The notes below the pieces were generated by a model that worked only from the letters and a program-made list of their open reading frames with translations, ran no database searches and was not told the origin of the DNA. The position numbers were made by a program, and so were the translations under genes. Source: Moniliella sp. 'wahieum' (taxonomy: Eukaryota). From it: a DNA stretch of 64,000 nucleotides. Each line of letters opens with the position of its first letter. Position 1 is the stretch's first letter. Below, piece by piece: positions 39,101 through 51,857 of this stretch. The DNA is taken from contig RSEE01000034.1 in NCBI GenBank assembly GCA_003971905.1, positions 186,001 through 250,000 of the forward strand, in the 5' to 3' direction.

Positions 39101-42100
39101 TAGACTGTGGCCCATGACCGCTTGTACCGGAACGTTCCACAGCCGCAATAGGCTCGCCAGACTAATCTCGACAGCCACCAGGCCCAACTGAGAGTGGACC
39201 GGAGAGGGTTCCAAGCCCCCCGGCCCTTGGGCGGGATAGATGGCACTGATAAAGTCACCAAACCCAAGTGCCTTGGCCACATCGTTGCATTTGTCCATCG
39301 AGGCGCGGAAAGGAGGACTGCGGGCATAAAGCTCATGACCCATGTGGGAGTACTGCGATCCCTGGCCAGTGAAGGCGTAGGCAATCCCATGACCCTCGGC
39401 CGGCGGACGCGGGGCTTCCATGGGTTCTTGCTTTTCCAACAAGGTGCGCACCTCGTGGATCGTGTGGACCAATCCAACGACACGGTACGTGTGGTGTTTC
39501 CGCGTAGCCAGTGCCGCGCACAGGTGAGCGACGTCTGTGTGGGGATGCGAATCAAGCCAGGTAAGAAGACGCTTGCAATTCTCATTGACCGAGTAGAGGG
39601 TCGCGCCTGAGATAATGAGCAGTGCTGGTACCCGTTCGGTCAAGTGCGGGCTATCCTCCACCACCGGCCCAGGACGGACGATCAAGGAAGAGTTTCCGGC
39701 CGCGGCGGAAAAGTTGGCCACCCCATAGACACGGTCATCGTGGTGCTCAGAATGGGGCGGTAGTGGAGTGTTTTCCATAGGGATCTTGAGGCCATCCATG
39801 GGGGGCAGCCGAGTGTTGAGCTGCGTCCGAATGCCAATGTGACGTGGGACAATCTGATGCTTGGAGACCAGAAGGGTCTTGAGCAATGCAGAAGCCCCTG
39901 CCGTAGACTCAGAATGACCAATGTTGGCCTTGACGCTTCCAATCACTAACGGCCGGCCTGCCTCCCGGATTTTGGCATACGTCTCCACCACACCAGTCAC
40001 CTCTTCAAAGTCCCCTGCTGCGGTGCCGGTTCCGTGCATCTCGTTGTAAGCAATCTCGTTGGGGGTAGGGATCTTAGACGCGACCATGGCGCTGCGGTAG
40101 AGACGGCGTTGTGTGGGATTGTGCGGGTGAGTAATGGAATAGGTTTGTCCCGAGTGGTTGGTCACCGCCGAGTTGATTACCCCGAGGATATTGTCACCGT
40201 CGTTGACAGCGTCCGAGAAGCGTTTCAACACACAACAAACGCTAGCGCGTCAGCCCGTGAATAGCCATCGCCCTTGTCGTCCAGCGTCTTGCATTGTCCC
40301 GTGTCGGATAGGAAAAATCCACGGTCCAAGCCAATGAAGATTTGCGGCTGAGTAAGGACGTTGATCCCGCCAGTCAGGACGCGTCGGCTTTGCCTTGGAG
40401 CAGAAACGAACAGGCGCTTTCAATGGCAACAAGCGCACCGGAGCATGCCGTGTCACACGTGACGGATGGCCCACCCCAACCGAAGAAGCGATTGATTCGG
40501 CCGGGGATGTTGGCGCGCAGCAGGGCCGGGGCAAAGGGGGCAGAGATGGTGTAGGAGCGATTCTGTTGGTAATCGTCACTGCAGATACCAAAGATGGACC
40601 CAAAGCGGGACGGGTCATTGGAAGTACCTTTACGCGGAGCGTACCCTGCCGAGTCAAGCGCTTCGACTGCGACCGAGAGCGCAAGGCGTTGCTGTGGGTC
40701 CAGTTTGCGTGCCATTGTTTCGTCCATGCCGAAATAGGTTGGGTCCCAAATCCACGGGCGATCAATAAAGTTGCCCTGCATTGCCCGCATGGTGTTCTTG
40801 TCGCGGTACGAAGGGGTGCGGTAATCATCAACGTTAAAGAGGCGCTCGGGAATACGCTGGCACATGTCTTTGCCGTCCAGAAGGTTTTGCCAAAACGCAT
40901 CGACGGTCTCGGCTCCGGGAAGACGACAGGCCATGCCCACCACGGCAATCGACTCGGCCACGGTACCCCGCACGGCAGAGAGATTGACGGGCCAGTGCTT
41001 GTCAATCGGTTTAAAGTTGCCCTTGGCTGTGTCTGTCAGCACATCAATCGGCTCCGACAGGGTGACTTGAGCTTGAACGGCGTGGTAAGCCAAGTCCATT
41101 TGGACACTCTGGAGCAAAATTGAATTGGCTCCGATAGAGAAGAGCGCCACCTCATGCGCTTGGTCCGACGCGGTAGCCTGGGCTACGATTTGAGAAAAAT
41201 CAAGAGTGGTGGGTAGGGTCCGTCCACTGATTAGGTCACGGAGGACAAAGGTGCGCTTGGGCATGCTGCCATGGAGAAAGGCGAGATCAAGACCTTCAAT
41301 GAGGGGCATCAGGTGCTGCTCCACCACATCGAGAGCTGTTTCGACAGGCAGATAGCCAATCCCTTCAGCCGGGCTCGAGGCGAATCCATTGACCAACAGC
41401 TCGAGATCGAGGGCACCAAGGCTCATACGGGTGCCAGTGACCAAGGTAAAGTTGCCTGCTTTGATCGAGAGCATCTAAACAGAGAGGCCGAGACGGGGTT
41501 AGCACCAAAGATAAAAACGAATAGGGATGTGAAAAGAAAAGAAAAAACATACCTCTTTGGCGCCAGTCGGACCGACAAGGTGGGCTGCCGTCTTGGGAAC
41601 AATGAGGCGGTGGCTAAGGTTTTCAGCACCCATCATGGTAGCTTGGGTGTCGGTGGTATAGGCCAACGACCAAGCCAGAGCGACGGCTTGAGCACCATAG
41701 TGGGCCACATCGGTCATTCCAGTCGAGGCAGTGAGCACGCTCTCGGCTAGTCCGTAGGTGGTGAGATCGAGGAAGCCCTGGGTGCCGTACTTGAGGAGGC
41801 GGGCCAGTAGGTGGGGCTCGACGCCAGCTGTCACAGTGTTGGGGTTGAGGCCGGTGCTAGCGGCGATGATGGTAGCAAAGATAGCAATGAGTTCAAGCGC
41901 CGGGGTGTAAAGCGGGTCTGCGCTGAGGGTTGCCAGGGTGTTGGGAGCGGCAAGCTCGGCGAGGCTGAGGCAGGCCGCCTGGGGCTCCTCGCCGTTGGTC
42001 ACCAACATCTTGGCAACTTGGACATTGAGTGCGGAAAGAGAGGATTGAAGAAAGGCGGTGAGAAGCGGGAGGGAGGAGGAGAGACGGAGGAGAGTGGTGA

Positions 42101-42215
42101 GCTGGTGGGTGAGGGTCAGCTGCTGGGGATCGCCGAGGACAGTGACGAGCGGGGCGCGGTGGAGAAAGTGGAGCGGGTGCTCCCTGTCGGCGTCCGAGTC
42201 AGCGTGGTGGGCCAT
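36194..42215 (-). CDS. Iterative type I non-reducing polyketide synthase, SAT-KS-AT-PT-TE, apparently lacking an ACP
   Basis: [106 protein letters not shown]. Introns 41552-41475 and 38271-38192. Several 1-nt frameshifts. Confidence 0.93.
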
Positions 42216-43030
42216 GGTTGGGAGAGGGGGGTCGTGGGGTGTGGGGGGTGTGACGGGGTACGGAGGGGCGGGGGGTGCGGAGGCGGAGGACAGGCAGGGG
42301 TGCAGGCTGTTATATAGAACACTGGGGCGGGCAGGCGGTGACGGTGCGTGCTGCAAGGGGGGCGGGCAAGGGGGGCGCTGGCAGCAGGCCAGTGTGGGCC
42401 GGCCTTCTCGGGCCGCCCAAGGCGCAGCACGCGGGCATCTCGTCGATGCTCCGCCGGGACCCCGTTGGGGCGAGGCGGATGCGGATAGGCGAGGTGTGCA
42501 GGGGGCAGGTTGCGGCGGTAGGGGGGCACGCTATGAACAAGCGAGGTGTACTTTACCTCAATCGGCTACTGCGGCAGGCGCTGCGGGCGCTGCTGCAGCA
42601 TTACGTACGCCGGACGTATCCATTCCGTATTCGCTTTTCTGGTCACCTGACCGGCCACAGATCTTCCCTCGTTGCTCTCCGTCTGGTGTGGTGTGGTGAG
42701 TGTACTAAGTGTGCTGAGTACTATAAGCGAAGGTGTCAGTCTAAGATGAGCTTGTCGAGGCCTACAATTGCATTCACGCTCTGCGTCCCTCTGCCCCCGT
42801 GTCTGGCTCTGAGCCTGGCCCTGGCTCGGACGCAGCCTGTGTCATGGGCGCGAGCCAGGGCGGGCGCTGGGACAACCGAGTCTTGGCGATCGCCGAGGGG
42901 GACGCCAGAGCAACCCTCTTGTTCGTTCCCCTACCGCAGTAAGACGAACGTACCAACGTCCGACCTGTCTCTTGTCCCGGCGCAGAGGCTGGCGTTGCTG
43001 GTGTGCCTGGCGTGCCTGGTGTGCCAGGGG

Positions 43031-45395
43031 TCAACTGGACCCCCGACCCCGTCGTTCCAGCTGTTGAAGTAGCAGAACGGCCGGCAGCAAGACGGGCAGC
43101 GAGCGAGCCTGGTGCGGGACGGTGGGTCCAAGGTCGGTCGGCGAGGCGGGTGGAAAGTAAGGTCCGCTGAGGCGTAACGTCCTTCCTAGTCGAGTTAGGT
43201 CGCGCGGGCGGGACGGGGTACGACAAAAGGCGACGCCCCGGGCGGTGGGGTGGCTGACCAAGGTGCGTTGGGACTCCTCCGATCCGAGCGTCGACAAAGG
43301 CGGCGAAGGCGTTCGAGTTCGCCGGGCAGGGGTCAACATGGGGGTGGCTGTTGCTGGTTGTTCCGCTCGGCGTCCAAATGGGAAGCCGAGGAGGAACGTT
43401 TTCGTTTCCCTGGAATCGAATCGGGGGCCTTGGCCTTCGTCGCGAATGGAGAGCTAGGCGGCAAAGGCGGTGTTCGCGTACGGGCTGGGGAACGGGGCCA
43501 GTCCGATTGAAGCATGGCCAACGCCCTTGCTGCACTTTGCGTCCTCCCCTGAAGCAAGAGAGGAGGCGCAGTGAACCGTGATCTGTCCTCGGCTCCTGGG
43601 ACCGGGGCGCAACTGCGGGCTGGGTCTAAGCGGGCCAATGGCGCGTCCCCTCTCGGAATACATGTTGGGATCGTCGGGCGGTAGGCGAGGCAGGCGCGAA
43701 CGTGGCGTGTGACGGTAGGCAACAGGTGAGGCGGGCGTACGACTGGCAGAGCAGCGGGATCAACAGGCCTTGATGACCATTGGCCTGCCCTGCCGTGGAG
43801 TGGAACGAAGATCGGATTCGCCCATGAGCCCTCTCGTGCGACGCAAGTAGGATGGTGTGCGAGGCGTGTAGCCTTGCCACGACGAAAGCGCGCGCCGCAT
43901 AAGAGAGGGGGTAAGCGTGTCTGGGTTGCGGGCTGATGGGAATGCAGTTCCAGTCCTGGGTCACGAGAGACGTGGGTGGGGAGGGAAGAGCACAGCTCCG
44001 ACATGTATACGCTTCTGGTGATCCGACCGCGCCGACGCACGTTTGGTGGAACGTGCGCTGGCAGTGCTCGCATTGCACAGTGGGTCGAGCCGCGTTGGGC
44101 AACCGCAAAAGCACGTTTCCGCCATGGGCGTCTCTCTTCCCCTGATTGAGAAAAGGACAAGTCCGAGTCCGAGTCGGAGAAGGACATTGAAGGGGAATCC
44201 GTATCGGAGGAAAAAGGGGGAGGCGTGGCAGGACGAGCCCTAGACAGCAATGCGCTGTTCTTGAGGGAACAGGGGTGCGCGGGGGATGGCGCACAGCCTT
44301 GGCTGGTGGTGGGAGAGAGGGCGGCAAGGGGTCCGGTTGCTTGCGCTGCTTCTTGTGAGTCTTATTCCAAGCGCAGCAAGACAGAACATGAGCCACCATG
44401 GGGGGGTGTGGGAGTGCGTCTGGATTGGACTGCTGCAGACTGCCGGTGTGAGCGTGGGACCTGGAAGAAGAGGAAGGGAGCTCGCGCTCGTGAAGGATGC
44501 GCAGGGGCACCTCGTCATCATCGTCCGAGCCAGGCTCCGGGGTCTGGACTTTGGCTTCGGTCTTTCCCAGCCGAGGCGAGGCAGCACCAGATGACGTATC
44601 ATCGTCACTTGCTTCTAGCCATGAGGACAGGTCGGCCAGGCGAACTGCGTACTGGGCCTTGCTGCGTTCCGATACTGGTTCCGTGTCGGGAGGCCAGAGG
44701 AGCTCAGGGAAGGTGGAAGGAATGGTGTGTAGGCGCGCGACCGAAGGCGGATGAAGGCAGGAAGTACGGGACAAGCAAGGCGGAGTAGCCCCAAGGGTCA
44801 AGGTAAGAGGGTACTCGAGCTCGGGCTCAGTTGCTGGGGTCGAGGCTGAGGTGAGATGGGACGAAGGAGCTATGCTTATAGCCTCGTCCGACTCGACAGC
44901 AGCAGCAGCGGCAGCAGCAGGCGGGACAGGAACTAGGGAGGGTGGCACAAGGATGCGGCCAACATCGGGCACATCTGTGGGGACGAGAGAACCGATACGG
45001 TCGGGAGAGGGCGAGTGAGGTGGAAAGAGGGATGGAATGCGGTCGAGAAGAGCACGCTTGCGACGCGAGCTGCTTTCGGTGGAGTGGTCGGCTGGGCGCG
45101 TGGACACGGGAGAGGTGTCTTCCGGGGCCACTGCAACAGAAGATGGACCACCAGTTGGGCGCGGCGGGCGGTCCAAACTGGGCCAAGAGGCGGGGTAGGG
45201 ACAGCGCGGCCTGCCTGGGCGGCCAAGGCTGCACGGGTGGGGCGGGAGCGGGAGGGGGTGGCGTGGGGGTTGGGAGGAGACTGGGCTCAGACGTGGGCTG
45301 GGCCTCTGGCTGGCTGGGCGCAGGAGCAGGCGGAGGCTGGGCCTCAAGCGGCTGCTTGTATGCGGGGCCGAGGTCGAGCGCGAGACGGCGGCCAT
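43031..45395 (-). CDS. PHD-finger protein, otherwise low-complexity
   Basis: TCFCGC (44115 region) followed across a frameshift by VQCEHCQRTFHQTCVG..YTCRSC gives a C4HC3 PHD. The rest is Pro/Ser-rich and both ends are uncertain. Confidence 0.65.
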
Positions 45396-45682
45396 GGTGG
45401 GGGGTGGGCGGGGAAGCACGCGCGGGGGGGGCGCGACGGGGTGGTCCGTAGAGGGCAGCCTGGGAGAAGGCCGGGTGGAGCTGGGGCCCACGCATGGCGC
45501 AGGCGACCGGGAGGCAGGGCAGGCGGCAAGGCAGGCGGCGAGGTGGTGGTGGCAGGCGCAGCACACGAGGGCGGGGGGCGCACGCGGCGGGCTGGCTGGT
45601 CCGCAGGGCGTACAGAGCGACGCAGCAGCTCCATCCTGGCCAACCAGCCGTAGTGCGTCGCACTTGATCCTCAGTGGTCGCG

Positions 45683-46071
45683 CTCACGCGTCACGCGTCA
45701 CGGTGCTGCTGGAGGCGCCCACGCAGCGCCACGCCCGCCTCGGCTCGGCCTCCCCCCCAATCGGGCAGGCGCGCAGGCCGCCCCCGCCGCACCACAGCCG
45801 CCGTGCCCCAGCCCCCCGTTCGCTGCATCGCCCTTCACGACGCGTGTCACACTGGCCCCCTGCTGCTGCCCCCCCAGCAAATTCTACGGCGTGCGGCCCT
45901 GTGCCGCGCCCTTTTTCCTTCCGCTCCGCGTCGCGTTCCTCCTGAGGTCTGAACGAGCCACATGCCACTTCCAGTTCCGCTCTGCAGCTCCCGCCTGGCG
46001 TCACTCGTCACGTGCCCCTCGCCCTCACTAGTCACTTCCGCGCCGTCACGCGTCACGCGTCACGCGTCAGG
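45683..46071. promoter_or_regulatory. Tandem ACGCGT (MCB-like) motifs upstream of the PHD gene
   Basis: TCACGCGTCACGCGTCACG near 45684, GACGCGTG near 45839, and GTCACGCGTCACGCGTCACGCGTCA near 46045. Confidence 0.45.
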
Positions 46072-46438
46072 CCTCAGGTGAGGACCCAGAAGCATAACCG
46101 CATCGCCCCGCCGCAGCTTTTCTCTTCTCAAATCCCAAACGGAATCCCATGCGGCACAGGCACAGGTACAAGCAGCAGTTCCATTCGGTCAAGCAAGTGT
46201 GGGGTGGCAAGTACATTCTCGAGGCACCCCAACCAGGGGCGGGCTATGCCCACCTCGGTACCCAAGAAACGGCAGCAGGGGGTGTCCGGAAGGGAGGAGA
46301 GTGGTCCTATAGGTGGCATGGGAAGAGGTACAGCAAACGGGGAATCGGCGCGCATAGGGTAGCAAGCAGAAAAGGGGGAGGAGAGGGAGAGCAACGCATG
46401 GGATCAAGCTAGATCAAGGGAGGAATGCCCGTGGGCAC

Positions 46439-47632
46439 TCAGGCACGCAATCCCCCAATTTCGGCGCTGTGGGCCTTACCCTCGTAGATCAGTTCGGCCA
46501 TGACCTTGCCTGTGCCGGGTCCGAGAGTAATGCCCCAGCAAGTATGGCCGGCAGCAATGTAGAGTCCAGTCTCAGGGAGGCCATCGATCAATGGGCCGCG
46601 GAAGGCGCCAGCGGGGAGGTAGCAAGCGTGCTGGGCCTCGAGCAGCGCGCCATCGCCCAAGCAGGTAGGAGCAATGATGCGAATTTGTTCCATGAGCTTT
46701 TTGGTCTGTCGCGGTTCGTACCCAATATCATCTGCCAACGCTGGCAACGGCTCATTGTCCGAGCCACCGCAGATGTACACCGTCCCGTCCCCACGCGCAT
46801 AGATCTCCGGCCCACGCGCCACGATGCCCGTGTCACCAAAGCGCATGTCGGTGAAGAGACAGTGGGCGGTCGTGGGTCTGGTACCGCGCAGGATGATCGA
46901 GTGGGCACGGGAACCGCCAACGGTACGGCCCTTGCGAGCGACCTTGCTGTGGTAAAGCAGGCTAGTCGGCTTGACCAGGCTCTTGAACAGTTCGCCGGTC
47001 CACGGACCTGCCGCCACCACCACCCGGTCGCACGCCAGCACCTCAGTACGAGCACCATCCACGCTCTCCATCACCAAGCCCTTGATCGTATCCTCCTCCG
47101 ACAGGAGAATCTCTGTGGCCTTGGTACCAACACGGCACTCGACGCCTTCCTCCTTGCACGCCTCTTCCACCAAGTATTCCACAAGGAACTTGGGCGTCAC
47201 CTGGGCCGTCGAACCTTTGCCGCCCATGTGCTTGGTGGAGGTGACGATCTTGGGGTCAATCCAGTGGAGCTCCTTGGGGCACTTGGACCGATGCTTGGCG
47301 GTATCAATGTTGACCTGCAACGTCTCTACCTCGCGGTACCCCCAGCGCTCCACACCATTGCCCTCCTCGGCAAGATCCTTGTGCAGCTGGTAACTCAAGC
47401 GTGCCAAGGAGGACGTGGAGAAGCCGTGCCAATCACGGGCCAAGAAGCCCCCCGACCGCCCGCTGGCCGAGGCCGCCAGCTCGTAGCTCGCTTCGAGCAG
47501 GGTCACTTTGCTCCCGGCCGGACGATAGGGGTGTGGCCATGTAGTACAAGATGGAGGCGCCAATGATGCCGCCCCCGATGATCACGACGTGCTGGGGGGC
47601 GTGTGGGTGTGGGTGTGCTGGAAGGACGACAT
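46439..47632 (-). CDS. FAD-dependent oxidoreductase, DAO family (Tda3-like)
   Basis: HVVIIGGGIIGAS dinucleotide-binding motif (frameshifted from the main ORF), ASGRSGGFLARDW, VVVAAGPWT, PEIYARGDGTVYICG, ACYLP, AAGHTCWGITLGPGTG. Confidence 0.9.
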
Positions 47633-48415
47633 GGCGGGCAGCAGGAACGAGGATCGATGGTGGAGGTCTGACTGGTGGCGCCTAGCGGCGGGGAGCGGGA
47701 AGAAGAAAGCTGCTGTCGGTACCACATTCGCCGGGTGTCATGCATGGGATGCATGACATCTTCCTACCGACTCCGATTGCGCTGTTGGCGCCACGCTGCG
47801 GGTCGGCGGCACACTGGCCCTGCGCGAGGCAGATCCAGAGCTGCTGTTCCCCAGGGCCCGCTGACGGCATCCGCGCTAGCCGCCCCGCGGCAGTCTCCGC
47901 AAGCCACACCGCCAGAAGGCTTTAGGCAGGCTGGATGCGTGACGCGTGATGCATCCTGGACGAACGGATGAGCCTGTTGGCCACAACGAAGTTCGGTGTT
48001 GGCGCGCTCACCGGCTCACCGGGTTCACCACCAGCTGGAGGGCCTTGTTGTTGCGGCTTGGGGACTGGGCAGGGCTGGACAGGGCTGGGCCCTGCTGGGT
48101 CAGGCTGGACTTGGAGCTCTTGAAGCTCGAAGGCTCACGCGCGCTCACGCGCTCACCCTCACTGCTTCACTGGTTCTCGCAAGTGCCAGTAAGCCCCACT
48201 AGCCACTAGCCTCACTAGCTCACTACGCCTCACGTGTACTCCATACCTACGGTGCTATACGACAATACCCACCATCTCCATTTAGTATACAGTACACTGA
48301 CTGCAGATGGTCTGAATGCTCAATGGATGTCAATGCAGGTCATGCAGGCCATGTAGCCTGACACGGAAGGGCTTCCCAACGTCAGAAGCAGGATAGTTGG
48401 GGGTTCGTGTTTTCG

Positions 48416-49671
48416 TTACACCGGCTCCAGGATGACGGCAATGCCCTGGCCACCACCAATGCAGGCTGCACCCAGCGCATACTTCTTATCAAGTCGGTGC
48501 AAGTTGTGGGTCAAGTTGGCAAGGATCCGAGCGCCCGAAGCACCCAGGGGGTGGCCAGAGGAAATCGCGCCGCCAAAGGGGTTCGTGATGTCTTCTGGCA
48601 GCTCCAGCTCCTTTTGAACTGAAAGGAACTGAGCTGCAAATGCCTCGTTCACCTCAATCAGACCCATGTCGCCAATCGTCAGCCCAGCGCGCTTGAGCGC
48701 CATCCGGATGGCCTCGACCGGACCAATGCCCATAATTTCCGGAGCGCACGCCGTCACGCCGTACGACACGATCCGGGTCAACGGCTTGAGACCAAACTTC
48801 TTCACTGCCTCCTCGGACGCCACCACATTGGCAGCGGCACCGTCACAGATGCCCGATGCATTGCCCGCGGTGACTGTCCCGTTCTTTTGAACACAGAGGG
48901 AAGACGGGCAAGCGATTCGGCCGTCGTCTTGGCACGAGGATGCTCATCCCCAGAAATCGTCTCGGTCGTCTGCCAGTCCCATTTGCAGTCAGAACCTATC
49001 TTCCTCCGAACCTCGCGCCATAACAGCAGGGTGGGGTCACGCACCTTCTTCACCGGCACCTCCACCGGCACAATCTCATCAACAAAAGCCCCCTCTGCCA
49101 GACCCTTTTGATACAGCGTCTGAGACCGAAGTGCAAACGCATCGCACTGCTCACGAGTAATACCATATTTGACCGCCAAGTTTTCCGCTGTGATGCCCAT
49201 GGGAGTCGGGTGAGGGTAGGCATCCGTTAGCGAAGCCATTAGCGAATCGACGAGCTTGAGGTCAACACCAAACTTGCCCCCGCCAAAGCGGACGCCATGG
49301 AGAGTGTAGGGCGATTGTGACATGCTCTCTGTACCACCCGTCAAGACCACCTGGCTGTCGCCCACCTTGATTTCCTGCACAGCGTTGATTACGCTCTGGA
49401 AGCCCGAACCGCACAGCCGGTTGACTGTCAGAGCCGGCGTGGTGACGGGCAAGCCGGCACGGTGACCAACGTGACGGGCCAGGTAGGCAGCCGAGTTGTC
49501 GCTAGCGTGCACGTTGCCAAAGATGGTCGCGTCTACCTCGACGCCTTCGGGCAGCTGGGCCAGGGCTGCCTTGGAGGCGATGCCACCCAGGTGGGCAGCA
49601 TTGAAGGAGGAGAGTTTGCCGCCGAATGCGCCAAAGGGCGTCCGCTTGGCTGCAACAATAAAGGACGACAT
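48416..49671 (-). CDS. 3-ketoacyl-CoA thiolase (mitochondrial ACAA2-like)
   Basis: [69 protein letters not shown]. Intron ~49042-48972 and a frameshift at ~48886. Confidence 0.95.
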
Positions 49672-50853
49672 GGCTGGCAAGAAGAGGAAGCGAAGACGGA
49701 GACGGCAGGTGGCAGAAAAGAGCGAGTGGGCAGGGGAACAGGAGGAATACGCGTGTGGCGCTTCGGCGATGATGCATAGCAGACCTGGCATGCAGCAGCC
49801 GGATTGATCCGGGCCGGGCTCTTACCGGCTGAGCCCCTCACCGACCCCCAGCTACATTCGTATCTCCGCCTGAGGAGGCGCACGGCGCCTGTGAAAGCGT
49901 GAGAAGCATTGTAAGGCGCAGGTGCCACCGGCCACCCAATGCAACGTTGAAATCCCAGCGCGGTTAAGCTGCAAGCATTAGTCCACAGAGTCACGTGTAG
50001 GGAGGCACGTGGCACCCCCAACCCAAGGTCCCTGAGGTCGGAGGACGTCGAGCCTGTTAACGTCATCGATCATCCTGCTCCAGCAGCACATCGTATCAGA
50101 GTCACTAGTCAGACCCAACCTGCGCCGTGAGCGCGTGAGCGCGCGAGCGCTTTTGAGCACGCATAGACACAGTAGCTTAGAAGCATTTGCTGTAGAAGAT
50201 TGACCAGCCCGGGAGAAACTGAGTTCCATTCTGAAGTAGACGGAAATGGAGGAAGCGCAAGAGAAATGCATGTACCAACAACGTATCTGTGTATACACAA
50301 CAGATCCCTTTGAAGCACCACATAAAGTGAGCCACCCATAGAACCCAAATGCCCCGGGCACTGGAGTAAAGACAGCAAGGCAAGCGAACCAGAAGCTGGA
50401 CTCACAGGCGGATGTTATACACTTCTTCGCCCACTATCCACATTGAATCAAAGTAGGGTAGTGCTAGTGTTTACCGCTCACATGCATGGCATGCCTACCA
50501 CTCTCATTCGTATCCACACGCGCTACATCTGGTCTGAAAGCGAGTGGCGCGCGCCAGAGGATCCCGACTTGCTGGAGACTCCACTGACTGCATTCCAACT
50601 TGGGCTTGATGCCAACAAGCAGCACACGCCGGATGCCAAGCCTGTTAGGCGCAGCGCATTTGTTTTGTCTCGGCCAGCCTTAAGCTCTCTCTGTAAACGG
50701 TATGAATGCAACAGTAGAATTCTCATCTGACCCACAAATGTAGGCACGACACAAAAAGTCCGAAGCGATGCAAGACGATGGTACAGTGTTTTTTCTTTTT
50801 TCTTTTTCTCTTTTTTCATACTTGTTGAGGATCAGAGATCAGCTTGTCGAACG

Positions 50854-51460
50854 TTACGCAGTCGAGGCAGAAATAGGCTGAGAAACAGAAGGGGAAGAAG
50901 CAAAGACTGAAGTCGGCTGTCCTGGTCCCGCACTCCGTTGATGAGCCCTCGACGAAAGTAAGTCGTAGAGAACCCCAGTGGCACCGCCAAGACTAGCACC
51001 ACCTAGGACACCGTTCACGAGCCCAGCACGACGGACTGGGGGGGCACAGGGGAAAGTTAGCTGCCAACATGTTTGACCACGCGCAGAGCATGGAAAAGAG
51101 GAGGAGCGAGCGTACACAACAGAGCAGGCATAGCCAAAGCACCAATCGAAGCACCTAGAAGGAAACAATCTGTATGGCCGCATATCGTGTGGCACATGTA
51201 CAAAAAGAACGGTGAGCTCTCCCAGTTTCGATCGTGTCTTCTCAGCAGGCAGTGTGCAGGAGTACCAAGACGTACCTTCTGTCCGAATGCGATGCACATC
51301 CGCCCGAATCGTCTCCGCTGCGTGGAAAGTGGCCATGGGAGCTTGGTTGGCGATCTGGAATCCGCATGCCGTTGCACCAATAACTCCTCCGATGAGGGGC
51401 ATAGCCCAGCTGTATACAGCACGTCAGAAAGAAAAGGCCAAGGTGGTAGAGGAAGAGGAG

Positions 51461-51512
<52 letters not shown>

Positions 51513-51857
51513 GCAATGGAGTACACACCTAGTGCGCAGGGCTGCGCGGAAGGAAAAGCCCCTGCGGGCGGCGTAGAGCAGGTAGAGGGGAGGCGCAAGC
51601 ACTGTGGAGAGGGTAGCTGCGCCCAAGGCAGCCTTGCCGACAAGGTAGCGGCGGTAGCGCTGGGCGTCAATGATGGCGGTGATCGGCGGGCGTGTGTCCA
51701 TAGAGTTAGATGCAAGAGGCGAAGTCTGGGCATCCCCCTCCGTGGCAGCAGACGAGGAAGACCCGCGGGTAGCACGGTGGGGCTGAGCAGCCGTAGCGGT
51801 GGCGGCAGCAGCGGGGGTGAGGGCGGTGCGGAGAGAAGCGCCGGTGGCGGTAAGCAT
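50854..51857 (-). CDS. Hypothetical multi-pass membrane protein (Gly-rich helices)
   Basis: Hydrophobic segments ALGAATLSTVLAPPLYLLY, PLIGGVIGATACG, FLLGASIGALAMPA, GVLGGASLGGATG. Probable introns, including one containing the GA microsatellite. Confidence 0.6.
51463..51508. repeat. (GA)n microsatellite, about 23 units, probably intronic
   Basis: Directly visible. Confidence 0.95.

Noticed and set aside
42058..43072. + strand ORFs upstream of the PKS (213 and 265 aa)
   Set aside because: GC-rich, low-complexity translations overlapping the PKS promoter and TATA region, with no domain evidence.
46469..47566. 365-aa ORF antisense to the DAO-family gene
   Set aside because: Shadow ORF expected from GC-rich codon usage on the opposite strand, with no recognisable motifs.
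46439..49671. DAO-like oxidoreductase and thiolase as PKS tailoring genes or members of the amine cluster
   Set aside because: Both look like ordinary conserved housekeeping orthologs (Tda3-like, ACAA2-like) and are separated from either locus by unrelated genes.
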